Source: Candidatus Woesearchaeota archaeon (GTDB taxonomy: Archaea > Nanobdellota > Nanobdellia > Woesearchaeales > SM23-78). From it: 64,000 nt of DNA. This document shows positions 45,801 through 54,264 of this stretch, piece by piece (within the stretch, counting starts at the first letter, position 1; the number at the start of each line of letters is the position of its first letter). Both the position numbers and the translations under genes were made by a program. The notes below the pieces were generated by a model. The model ran no database searches. It saw only the letters and a list, made by a program, of their open reading frames with translations, and had not been told where the DNA came from. The stretch is from contig JAHWIP010000003.1 in the NCBI GenBank assembly GCA_019322375.1, positions 6,792 to 70,791 of the forward strand, read 5' to 3'.

Positions 45801-46639
45801 ACTTAAAGCTCTGGGAAAAACAAACAGTGCTTAACACCCTGTCAAACCAGATAAAAAATGATGATGCAAAAACCTTGTTTGATGCCTTTGTAACAGGAGA
45901 AGGTGTTGCTGAGTCTGCCAAGCGCATGGCTTATGAAAAAGGAGTAGGATATATAGACCAGACAAAAACACCTGAGATACTTAAGGAGATAGCCAAAGGA
46001 GAAGACCCTAAAAGCCTTGCATACCAGGAACTGGTAAAAGCAGCTGAGAAAGAGCTCAGCACTGACGAGAAAAAACAGGCTCTGCTGGAGATAGCCAGGA
46101 GCAGCAGTGGAAGAGAGGTAAAAGATAAGATAATAGAAAAAGCCCTTGAAAAAGGATGCGGCGAGTCATATGGAATAAGTGCAGAGCAGGCAATCAACTG
46201 CCTTGACAATGAAGAGGTAGAAAATATTTATCACAAAGTTCTGACAGACTACAGCACACCAGACAAGGTAAAACAGTTTTTGCTTGACAAGGCAATTGAC
46301 AAGTTTGATGAAAAAACACCAGACGTGCTAAAAGAGATTGTTCTGAAAAGAGACTTTAAAGGAGCAGCAAAGGACATGCTTGAGAAAGAGCTTGACAAGC
46401 TTCCAGACGCTGTTAAGAAAGAGTTTATTACTGATATACTTGAAGGCAGGCTTCCAGATGTTGAGTACTTGCAGCAGGAACTAGTGAAAATGATACCAGC
46501 AGTAAACAATGAATATGTGAATGCCCTGCTAAAAGACGGCAATGTTAAAAACCTGATAGAATCAACCCTTAAATCAGAGATAGAAAAACAACTAGGCTCA
46601 TTCTTCTCAGATGAATGCGTGGCAATTAATAAGGATTGA
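42866..46639 (+). CDS. Giant (1257-aa) pilin-like protein with an M23 (LytM-type) metallopeptidase domain
   Basis: KNRKA-QVYPLFVVVFTIVALTTALIGL N-terminus. M23 motifs YHPAVDIRAP (HxxxD) and PHLHFGV (HxH) at about nt 43478-43841. Acidic S/E linker, an internal hydrophobic segment at about nt 44972-45046, and a K/E-rich repetitive helical C-terminus. Confidence 0.7.
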   Translation: MDKVKLRLKNRKAQVYPLFVVVFTIVALTTALIGLSNAKEVTDLSGREMLIGTKQSAVFASLQDADAVSLFIEQAAEFAGQQALDKIRKSCFFGVDEEQEVDEWESPCGKFVYPLWSTNENLCLPDCETAFVNAFNKDFLSRTNKYYEFTNIELPISYNMSLEIHDNHFFVHGTSDTELRINVVDIQSRIKSPLAIAQTYEEGRLIWPVDYSDHTITSCFGERDVVGGSKYHPAVDIRAPKGTPVLAAALGKVILTDPCWGRIVINHGSGLSTEYLHLEKIDVKVNDDVVQGQRIGTSGSNGCDTREFVPHLHFGVIYQGVQSPMHYKGQEIVLSNNHIQPMCLIEKGYAAKPESNCNQLVNTDLDKICELYNLPEEFFESSESSKPSEPSEPDQDTSSEESADAENAGAESVNAESTELDYSLAQAPGSYAFKPSFTLRVNKKIENPIEPVTEWFENTWNECEDDPWKCLREKMSEFNEQDYDYKLMFADRCEEGYHLFYDILEFFEDCFSNQKYGCSCEFNLSDAFSITDLRIVFDTQANTASLFSKQGDKPGDEYELIDSYQFYYGSITKPAPASPYRYYVYQLDYDDYGELENAELMQMKSLLDVFDVVPFFDYKELRLAKPGEAEQGYFVNTETIQCKYKKNKFRLCAKPAQEREDLFPIRFAFHLKDKPPEPVKKGDVEIIEVEESSESDVDKVMQAAGFLGTIFPPLGYLFTAINILSVLEDFKPRKFEVIVDVPLDKDGKPLDVAGYEVYCSDYLTNILPVDVLDKYNPSHFVVMANDEMNKKVSQLDQYVKKNPYTDFLNLESCDVPVSKFTGETILVPGIKGVVKDGKMVFNLHKCGDLAIIIDKLIRKDYCVSLIPVDKNGNKIMEHAVSNCAQTNSLLDLVISEMIEEQLGEFIPASLIPDNLKPYIKLPDTSDIVNAVTGEGSFDMIDIVNLDKLDADIKNYLEEFVVGTINEDIIGTSVVNSIDDLKLWEKQTVLNTLSNQIKNDDAKTLFDAFVTGEGVAESAKRMAYEKGVGYIDQTKTPEILKEIAKGEDPKSLAYQELVKAAEKELSTDEKKQALLEIARSSSGREVKDKIIEKALEKGCGESYGISAEQAINCLDNEEVENIYHKVLTDYSTPDKVKQFLLDKAIDKFDEKTPDVLKEIVLKRDFKGAAKDMLEKELDKLPDAVKKEFITDILEGRLPDVEYLQQELVKMIPAVNNEYVNALLKDGNVKNLIESTLKSEIEKQLGSFFSDECVAINKD

Positions 46640-46755
46640 TAAAGCTAATTCTTGCAACAAAAAGCCCATCCTGTGAATTATCCGGCTCTACTATGGAAAA
46701 GTTTTTAAAAAACCCCTCAGTTGTTCTTTTGAAAGAGTTATTAGGGTGGTATTTA

Positions 46756-48078
46756 ATGATTAACATGCCTTTAGAACAGATTAAGAGCAGGATTTCTGAA
46801 AAAACAGGCTTGTCAGATGAGGAGCTGGATGACAAGATTAAGGCTAAGCTTAAGCAGTTGTCAGGGCTTATTTCTGAGCAAGGAGCTGCTCATATAATTG
46901 CTAATGAGCTTGGTGTGAAGCTGTTTGAGATTGGTGAAAAGCTCCAGATAAAAAATGTGTTGACTGGCATGCGCAATGTTGATGTTGTTGGCAAGATACT
47001 GCAGAAATACGAGCTTAGAGAGTTTCAGACAGAAAAGCATTCTGGAAAGGTTTCTAACATGCTCATAGGTGATGAGACAGGTGTTATTCGTGTTGTTATG
47101 TGGCACAAGCAGGCAGAGAATATTAATAGTGTTAAAGAAGGAGATGTGGTCAAGATAAGAGGTGGCTATGTAAGGGATAACCAGGGCAGAAAAGAAATTC
47201 ATCTGAGCGAGCTCTCAAAATTCATTATTAATCCTCCTGGTGTTGAAGTAGAAGCAAAGCCTTATGAGCGCCCTGTTGCTGTTAGAAAGAGCATTGCTGA
47301 TATAAAAGAAGATGATGCTAGTGTTGAAATCTTAGCCACTATTGTGCAGGTGTTTGATATAAACTTTTTTGAGGTGTGCCCGCAGTGCAGCAAGAGGATA
47401 AGGCTTGGGGACCAAGGCTTTTTATGCCCGACCCACAGTATTGTGGAGCCGGATTATAATTATGTATTAAACCTTTACCTTGATGATGGAAGTGATAATA
47501 TAAGAGCTGTTTTCTGGAGGCAGCAGGCAGAGCAACTATTAGATATGGACAAATCCAAGGTAATGGTTTTTAAAGATGACCCTGCCAAGTTTGAGCCAAT
47601 AAAAACAGAGCTCCTGGGAAATATTATTTTGGTGAGTGGAAGAGCTAATAAGAATCAGAACTTTGACAGGATTGAGCTGGTTGCTAATAAGATTGACAAA
47701 AGCCCTGACCCTGATGAAGAGATAAAGAAGTTAAAACAAGAAGCAGACAAAGCAGTTGCGCAGGATGAAGGTGGGGATGAAGAGCAACAGAAATCGAAGA
47801 TTTCTGAGGGTTCCTACGGAACCGAAGAGGAAATAAAGCAGGAAGTAGCTGGTGGGGATGAAGAGGAAGAGATTAAGCAAGAGGAAGTAAAGGCAGAGGA
47901 AATTAAGGAAGAAGAACCTGTTGAAGAGGAAGTAAAAGAAGAAAAAATAGAAGAAGAGCCTATTAAAAAGAAAACAAAAGAAAAAGAAGATTCATTGCTC
48001 GCTCGCCAAGGCTCGCGAGAAAGCCAGGATGACTTAGAAAACCTTGACCTGGATAAAGAGTTAGAGGATATTGAGTGA
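46756..48078 (+). CDS. Replication protein A-like ssDNA-binding protein (OB folds plus Zn ribbon) with an acidic tail
   Basis: ATG 46756/46765 (MINMPLEQIKSRISEKTGLSDEELDDKIKAKL) is preferred over the track start. CPQCSKRIRLGDQGFLCPTH zinc ribbon lies between OB-like segments. E-rich C-terminus. Confidence 0.65.
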   Translation: MINMPLEQIKSRISEKTGLSDEELDDKIKAKLKQLSGLISEQGAAHIIANELGVKLFEIGEKLQIKNVLTGMRNVDVVGKILQKYELREFQTEKHSGKVSNMLIGDETGVIRVVMWHKQAENINSVKEGDVVKIRGGYVRDNQGRKEIHLSELSKFIINPPGVEVEAKPYERPVAVRKSIADIKEDDASVEILATIVQVFDINFFEVCPQCSKRIRLGDQGFLCPTHSIVEPDYNYVLNLYLDDGSDNIRAVFWRQQAEQLLDMDKSKVMVFKDDPAKFEPIKTELLGNIILVSGRANKNQNFDRIELVANKIDKSPDPDEEIKKLKQEADKAVAQDEGGDEEQQKSKISEGSYGTEEEIKQEVAGGDEEEEIKQEEVKAEEIKEEEPVEEEVKEEKIEEEPIKKKTKEKEDSLLARQGSRESQDDLENLDLDKELEDIE

Positions 48079-48091
48079 ATTAAAAATGTAC

Positions 48092-50200
48092 TTATCTTAC
48101 AACCCTGTCAAGACCAGCTTTTATAAAGGGCTCTTTTAATTTGTTTAATGCTTTTAATTCAATCTGTCTTATTCTTTCCCTGGTAACTTTGAATTCTATA
48201 CCAACTTCGTCCAAGGTATGGAAATTATACTTACCAATTCCAAAGCGCATGTAAAGAATTTTAATTTTTCTTTTACGGTCAGGATCCTTTTTAAAAGTGT
48301 CATGGATAACTTTTCTGACCTGATAACCTACTAATGATTGTGCAGCAGCATGTTCAGTATCAGCTTTTGGATCCTCAACAAGCTCACCTATTTCAACCTC
48401 TACTTCTTCTCCTATTGTTGTTGATAGTGAGATTGGTTTTTCAGCCCATTTTTTATACTTCTCAACTCTTTCCTCAGCAACATTCATTTCTTTAGCAACT
48501 TCTTCTGTTGTTGGCTCTCTGCCTAACCTGCCAAATAATTTCCTGGCAATTCCCAAGTACTTGTTTATTTTTTCCACTGAATGCACAGGAGTCCTGATAG
48601 TCCTTGCCTGGTCTGCTATAGCCCTTGTTATTGACTGTTTAATCCACCAAGTAGCATATGTTGAAAATTTATACCCTCTTCTGTATTCCCAGCTGTCTAT
48701 TGCTCTTAGAGCTCCCATGTTTCCCTCCTGAATCAGGTCAGTAAATTCCATACCCCTGTGCTGGTATTTTTTTGCTATACTCACAACCAGTTTTGTATTT
48801 GAACTTGCAAGCTCATTTTTGTTAGATATAAGCTCATCATGAAGCTTTTCTATTTCAGGGCTAACAGGGTCAAGATGAGGAAATATTGATTTGTAAGTTT
48901 CATAAGTTTTTTTCCAGTATTTTTTTTTGAATTTAAGTTTGCTAAGAAGCTTTTTCAGTGCAAAATCTCCTTTTTCTTTGGCATTATGAAAGTTCTCTAT
49001 AAATTCTATTTTTTCCCGAGCAGTCTTCTCATAACCTTTCCAAAGTCGTACTATTTCATCCGGGTGATTTATTTTAATAGCCTTTTCTATATCTTTTACA
49101 ACATAATCAACCAGGCATTCTGGCTTCTTATTGTCGCCTTGCAGGGAGCGCTCTTCAGACAATCCATTGTACAAGAAATTCCTGCTCTCAATTGTTTTGA
49201 ACTCATTAAACAGTTCTGTTAAGTATTTTGTTACAAACAAGTATTTTCCTAGAAAAGATTTTAGGGCTTTCTCCCTTCTTTTCTCAGCCTTTTCAAACTT
49301 TTTTTTGAAGACGTTCACATCTTCACAACAAATAATATCTTCAAGGTCTTTTCCCTTGTTTTCAAGGGTTTCATCCAAGCTTTCACCATGTTTTTTATTC
49401 AAGGCTTCCTGGGCTTCCAGGGCTTCATTAATATCCTTTCTTATTTTATTTAAGATATATTTTTTCTCAATAATATGCTTGAATATTTCTTCTCTTTTCT
49501 GCTCTATTTTTTTTCCAAAAGCATATTCCTGCTCTCTTGTTAGCAAGGCGTGCTTGCCCATGGAACTTAAAATAAAACTTGTTTCACTGCCAATATATGT
49601 CTTTCTCAAGTCTACTTTATCCTCCTCAAGGTCAGAGTACTCTTTTATCAAGAACTTATAATTATCATTAAAAATCTTATTTTTGTTTTCCAGAGCAGTT
49701 CTGTGCATGTCAAGAAGCAAGTTATAATAGAACTTTCTAACATCTGCCCTGTCATATTTTTTTCCATAGTCTAACTTAACAGGGTCGACATACCTGCTTA
49801 GTATAATGTCATGTTTTTTCATGTATGGGTCTCCGAATTCTTTTGGAGTCTTGGTTTCAATCTCTCTTTTTTTTTGCATCAGGTATGCCATAAATCCCCT
49901 TAACGAGATATAACTGTCTCTGTTTATATAGTCCAGGCAGAAAAAAGGATTTTTCTTAGCAAGCTTGATAAGAGCGCTGTTTTCAATATGAAATACTTTA
50001 GCAAGGTCAGCTGTTCTGAGCCTTTGGGAGTATCCAACTTCTTGTTTTAGAACAGAACCTTTTTGTATCAGGTCAAGAAAGAATTTTGAATCCATCTCTA
50101 TGTTTTCCCAGACAGAGGCTCCGAATTTTTCTTTGATTTGAGCAGGGCGCAGGTATATACCTTTGCTCTCTTCTAGAAAAGCATGGGCTGCTTCTTGCAT
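48092..50200 (-). CDS. Bacterial-type sigma-70 family protein (regions 1.2, 2, 3, 4) with a long N-terminal extension
   Basis: [53 protein letters not shown] (regions 2.1-2.4), [14 protein letters not shown] (1.2-like) and [18 protein letters not shown] (4.2 HTH). Confidence 0.8.
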   Translation of the reverse strand: MQEAAHAFLEESKGIYLRPAQIKEKFGASVWENIEMDSKFFLDLIQKGSVLKQEVGYSQRLRTADLAKVFHIENSALIKLAKKNPFFCLDYINRDSYISLRGFMAYLMQKKREIETKTPKEFGDPYMKKHDIILSRYVDPVKLDYGKKYDRADVRKFYYNLLLDMHRTALENKNKIFNDNYKFLIKEYSDLEEDKVDLRKTYIGSETSFILSSMGKHALLTREQEYAFGKKIEQKREEIFKHIIEKKYILNKIRKDINEALEAQEALNKKHGESLDETLENKGKDLEDIICCEDVNVFKKKFEKAEKRREKALKSFLGKYLFVTKYLTELFNEFKTIESRNFLYNGLSEERSLQGDNKKPECLVDYVVKDIEKAIKINHPDEIVRLWKGYEKTAREKIEFIENFHNAKEKGDFALKKLLSKLKFKKKYWKKTYETYKSIFPHLDPVSPEIEKLHDELISNKNELASSNTKLVVSIAKKYQHRGMEFTDLIQEGNMGALRAIDSWEYRRGYKFSTYATWWIKQSITRAIADQARTIRTPVHSVEKINKYLGIARKLFGRLGREPTTEEVAKEMNVAEERVEKYKKWAEKPISLSTTIGEEVEVEIGELVEDPKADTEHAAAQSLVGYQVRKVIHDTFKKDPDRKRKIKILYMRFGIGKYNFHTLDEVGIEFKVTRERIRQIELKALNKLKEPFIKAGLDRVVR

Positions 50201-50266
50201 TTTACTTTTTCACATAATTTAAAATATGTTTTAAATATATTTAAAATAATATATTCATATTTATTT

Positions 50267-52498
50267 TTAAACAATTTGGTATTCTTGCCTTACCTTCTTG
50301 TTTTTTTCAATGATAGGGATGAGCTGCTCTACAGCGCTTTTATGAAAAGCCTTTAAGTAGGTGTCTGTTGATGTCATTTTTAAGAAAGGAAAATCAGGGT
50401 CTGTGCTCATTCTGCTAAGCTGTTTGGGCTGAATCCTCATGCCAGTTGCTTCATATATATAATTTGAAGCTTGATGCACTCCAATTGTTTCTTTCTTGTC
50501 TTTTTTTATTAGTTCTATTTTTTCATCAAAGAACTTGGTAATAAAGATTTCTTCAAAACCGTTTTTTACAAGATAAACAGGCATGGTATTGCCTAGTTTT
50601 TCTATGTAGCTTATTTTCTTTTCAGGGTTATTGAACTCGTATCTTCTGAGATTCTTGATTAGTTTGGTTTCTATATGCTGGAACCGGGTTACACTTGTCC
50701 TTGCAAAGTTCTCTCTTATTATCTCAACCAGAAGTTTGTGCCCCCTAATTTTCTGAAGAATTTCAATTGCTTCAGCTCCCTTGTAAGTTTCGCTTGGTCT
50801 TTGATTAAAGAGACCTGCTTCTGCAAGCCTTCTGAAAACCAAAAGATTTCTTCCAGTGATTTCTGAAAGTTCTGACCCAGGGTACAGCCTTAAAGGATAA
50901 ATCTCTAGCATGTCTGGCCTGGTTTCAAGCCTTAAATCACCAATGCCTTCAAAAATCTGGGCAAGAGTCCTGCTGTTTTTAGATATAAGATTGTCATCTT
51001 CTTCAAAATACATTTCATCCAGCATGTCTATGAAACGCTTCATACCAAACTCTTTGAACTGCTCTGCTCTGTGCTTTGCAATAGCATACCCACAGTCCCT
51101 GCGAAATTCTGCTTTGAGGTGAGCCAAAAGATTTCTATCATCCTCAATTCTTTTTTCCTTATTTATGTAAATAACAGCACCATCTTCCTCTGTTTCCATA
51201 TATTTAGCAAAAGGGCCGGAAACTGATGGTTCTGCCAGCTCAATTTTAGTTTTTTTGTCTAATCTTTTTTCAACCCAGTCTGTTGCTTCTTTAAGAAAAT
51301 TTCTTAGCTTTGCTTCTTCTTTTTTTTCCTGCTCTCTCTTTATGTTTGTATAGATTCCGCGAGCAATATTTTTTATATGACTTTTTAGTTCTAAAAGCTC
51401 CTCAGTCCCTTTTTGTATGCGCTGCTTGTCAAATCCAAGATCTGGCTTTAATGATTCTACTTCTATAAACCCATATGTGCGTGCTGCAAAACCCAGAGCC
51501 ATTTCTTCCAGCTTGACAATTCCTCCTTCGCCCAGGGTTCTTCCAACCACAAGATGAATTCCACGCACATCCTTTTCTATTGTTTTATGCGGAAGATAAT
51601 ATATATGCCCTCTAATAGGACCGCATTTTTCTAGGGCATCCTTGATTTCATAAACAATTGCTTCTTTTGGAATAGGGGTTTCTATCTCTATATCATTCAT
51701 TTTTACTCTAAAAGCAGGGCTGAGCTGGAGTGCAAACTTTTGTTTAATCAAATCAGCAAGCTTGTCTGTTTCAATTGTGATTTTTCCTTTTTTAGAACCC
51801 AAAGGCTTCATAATGATTTCTGTGCCATGTTTTTTTTGGTCAGTTATTCTTTCTTCACTATAACTAACCTTTCCCCATAAGCCCTGATTAATTATTTTTT
51901 CTAAAGAACCATACTCTTCCTCAACATCCTCTATAAGCAGACTGGTGTTTAACTCAGGTATGGTGTGAGGGGATTCTCTTTTATCAAGAACTCTTTTGAC
52001 AATCCGCTCAATATATTTATCTTTTTGCTTCTCATTAAGATTCATCTCTTCAAACTTAGGGCTGGTTAAGATGGAGTGCTGAATGGTTTTTCTTACAAAC
52101 ACCTCTTTGGTATGATATTTTTTTCCTTTTCCTTTTTTTACTGTGCTCATTTGATAGCCAAAACAAAGGTATCTTATGAACTCCTTGCCTACTCCTGCAT
52201 CACCTATTTTTAGTCTTCCAGTGCGGGTTCTGGGGTTAAGCTTCTTAATATTAGTGCCATAAGTATTGAAGTGCTTAAGGTCTTCAAGATTCATGCCTTC
52301 CCCATTATCTCTTATGAGAAGACTTTTATTTTTATCATCAATTATTATTTCCACAAGAGGAGCATCTGCATCCCAGGCATTATCAATGCCCTGTATTATT
52401 GCTTCATAAGGGCTTAGAAATAGGGATTTGCCAAGATTCTCATGAAACTCTTTTGAGATTCCTCTCCTTACTTTAACAGTTTTCTTTGTCATCAACAC
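50267..52498 (-). CDS. GHKL-superfamily (HATPase_c_3 / MORC-like) ATPase with a large unassigned C-terminal region
   Basis: N-box IDNAWDADA, G1 box IRDNGEGM and G2-like GDAGVGKEF in the first ~110 aa. 743 aa in total. Confidence 0.65.
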   Translation of the reverse strand: MLMTKKTVKVRRGISKEFHENLGKSLFLSPYEAIIQGIDNAWDADAPLVEIIIDDKNKSLLIRDNGEGMNLEDLKHFNTYGTNIKKLNPRTRTGRLKIGDAGVGKEFIRYLCFGYQMSTVKKGKGKKYHTKEVFVRKTIQHSILTSPKFEEMNLNEKQKDKYIERIVKRVLDKRESPHTIPELNTSLLIEDVEEEYGSLEKIINQGLWGKVSYSEERITDQKKHGTEIIMKPLGSKKGKITIETDKLADLIKQKFALQLSPAFRVKMNDIEIETPIPKEAIVYEIKDALEKCGPIRGHIYYLPHKTIEKDVRGIHLVVGRTLGEGGIVKLEEMALGFAARTYGFIEVESLKPDLGFDKQRIQKGTEELLELKSHIKNIARGIYTNIKREQEKKEEAKLRNFLKEATDWVEKRLDKKTKIELAEPSVSGPFAKYMETEEDGAVIYINKEKRIEDDRNLLAHLKAEFRRDCGYAIAKHRAEQFKEFGMKRFIDMLDEMYFEEDDNLISKNSRTLAQIFEGIGDLRLETRPDMLEIYPLRLYPGSELSEITGRNLLVFRRLAEAGLFNQRPSETYKGAEAIEILQKIRGHKLLVEIIRENFARTSVTRFQHIETKLIKNLRRYEFNNPEKKISYIEKLGNTMPVYLVKNGFEEIFITKFFDEKIELIKKDKKETIGVHQASNYIYEATGMRIQPKQLSRMSTDPDFPFLKMTSTDTYLKAFHKSAVEQLIPIIEKNKKVRQEYQIV

Positions 52499-52676
52499 CC
52501 CCCGCGCCCCTCTGTTTTGCTACTGAATAATAGATATTTTATTTAAACCTTTCTATTTTAGAGACACAGATTTGACAGATAATAATTGCAAGCCATGTTT
52601 ATATACTTTACTCAGGGATGTCCAGTGCCTATTTTAGAAAATTTTTTAAACTACTGTTCTTATACCATATACTAGA

Positions 52677-53210
52677 ATGCCTAAAAAAAAGGATTCAAGC
52701 CCTGTTTTTGAAATATTCGTTGTTCTGGCCATAGTAGCTATTGTGGCTGTTACAGGACAGGTGCTGTTGCGTTATGAAAACACAGGCAGTTCTGCCAATG
52801 CTATTACTGGCTTTGCAGTTGCTGAGTATGAAGAGGAAATGGTTGAAGAAGAATTTCTTGATGTGGGTGTAGATGATATAAAGGTTAATCCTCCAAGCCC
52901 GTTAATAGGAGAGCCGTTTGAAATCAGGGTGATAGTTGCTAACAAAGGCTTTGTGGAGATAAACACTCCTTTTTATGTGCAGGCAAAACTAATACCTAAT
53001 GCAGAGAATGTTAAGCCCACGCTTCTCAACAGCGTGATAACCCAGATATTAAAGCCAGGAGAAACCTCAACAGCTGTTTTCAGGATAGCAACAGTAACAA
53101 AGGAAGGTCCTATGAAGATAATAGCAACAGCTGATTCTACTGCCAAACTAGGAGATGATAATCCTTCAAATGACCAAAGAAGCAAAACAATTATATTAAC
53201 CAATCAATAG
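52677..53210 (+). CDS. N-terminally anchored CARDB-like (Ig-like) surface protein
   Basis: VFEIFVVLAIVAIVAVTG anchor. DIKVNPPSPLIGEPFEIRVIVANKGFVE ... GETSTAVFRI resembles CARDB domains. Confidence 0.5.
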   Translation: MPKKKDSSPVFEIFVVLAIVAIVAVTGQVLLRYENTGSSANAITGFAVAEYEEEMVEEEFLDVGVDDIKVNPPSPLIGEPFEIRVIVANKGFVEINTPFYVQAKLIPNAENVKPTLLNSVITQILKPGETSTAVFRIATVTKEGPMKIIATADSTAKLGDDNPSNDQRSKTIILTNQ

Positions 53211-53223
53211 ATTATTTCTTAAA

Positions 53224-53682
53224 ATGATGTATATAACCCATATGGCAGTTGCATTATTTGCAGGGCTTTTAAAAGTAAAAATAATCCCTTTGCCCATAAA
53301 CAAATATGTTTTTCTATCAATCGTGGTGGTATCAGCTCTTCTGCCAGACATAGATTATGACTCATTCATAGCCAGGAAACTAAAACTAAGATTTGTGCGT
53401 TTCTTTTTTGCACACAGAGGCTTTTTCCACAGCATCCTGCCCATGGTATTCTTTATGATACTAGCCTTTTTAATCACAGGCAATCCTTACTACTCCTTAG
53501 CTGTTCTGATAGGCTTTGGCTCCCACCTGGCCTTTGACAGCATAACCATGAAAGGAATAGCATGGTTCTGGCCAAGCAAACTAAGAGCAAAAGGCCCCTT
53601 AAAAACAGGAGGAATAGTAGATTGGATACTGCTGTTAGTATTTATACTAATGGATGCAGTGATGGTGGTGGTTGTTTTCTGA
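53224..53682 (+). CDS. YdjM-like membrane-bound metal-dependent hydrolase (DUF457 family)
   Basis: LPDIDY, HRGFFHS and GSHLAFDSITMKGIAWFWP motifs within four TM helices. Confidence 0.6.
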   Translation: MMYITHMAVALFAGLLKVKIIPLPINKYVFLSIVVVSALLPDIDYDSFIARKLKLRFVRFFFAHRGFFHSILPMVFFMILAFLITGNPYYSLAVLIGFGSHLAFDSITMKGIAWFWPSKLRAKGPLKTGGIVDWILLLVFILMDAVMVVVVF

Positions 53683-53739
53683 ATTGGTTATTTTGAAGAG
53701 AAAGAGTTAATAAAAAAAGAAATAATTTATAATTTTAAC

Positions 53740-54135
53740 TTAATAAAGATAGTCCGGAGTTCCCCAGTACCCTCCGCAGCCTTTACAAGCAGATTCTGAG
53801 CTACATGCACGGTTATACTTGCAGCATCCAGGAGTTTTTCTTGAAGTTGCATAACAAAAACATGTCACCCGACCACAATGAGGATCTCCCCCGCCAGATT
53901 CCATTGGCTTTCCCACCACGTTTTCTTCTTCCATTACTTCAGAAAGCATGTCATATTCCTCATCAGTAAGCCCAGACACAACATATGCCTTTTGTAATTC
54001 AGGTTCAGATGTTGTTGTAATTGTGGCTGCCTCTTCCCCTCTATTCATAAACATAACTACTATTGCCACTATGGCTACTATTGCTACCATTGCTATTAGT
54101 GCGAATAAGTAGTTGCCTTTGTCTTTTTCTGCCAT
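53740..54135 (-). CDS. Small N-terminally anchored protein with a Cys-rich C-terminus
   Basis: NYLFALIAMVAIVAIVAIVVMF anchor. C-terminus CGRVTCFCYATSRKTPGCCKYNRACSSESACKGCGGYW. Confidence 0.5.
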   Translation of the reverse strand: MAEKDKGNYLFALIAMVAIVAIVAIVVMFMNRGEEAATITTTSEPELQKAYVVSGLTDEEYDMLSEVMEEENVVGKPMESGGGDPHCGRVTCFCYATSRKTPGCCKYNRACSSESACKGCGGYWGTPDYLY

Positions 54136-54264
54136 TTATTCACCTCGTTTTGTTGAATATAAGCTCTTTATTTTTGTTTTTTGGTTTGGGTTTATAAAAA
54201 GCTTTCGCAGGAATAAGCCACAAATTAGTTACTACTTTAGAATGGATAACATATTTAAATGTAG

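Noticed and set aside
32755-46639. Interpreting the pilin-like array as an archaellum (fla) operon
   Set aside because: I recognise no archaellin-type globular domain and no FlaC-FlaI accessory genes. The ectodomains are heterogeneous and Cys-rich, so the array is not a canonical motility locus.
48092-52498. Explaining the sigma-70/GHKL pair as a bacterial contig mis-joined to an archaeal one
   Set aside because: This is not adopted as the primary reading. Base composition, lysine/glutamate-rich protein style and tight gene spacing continue smoothly into the archaeal RPA-like gene on one side and the PolB-like and RadA genes on the other. It can only be excluded with read mapping.
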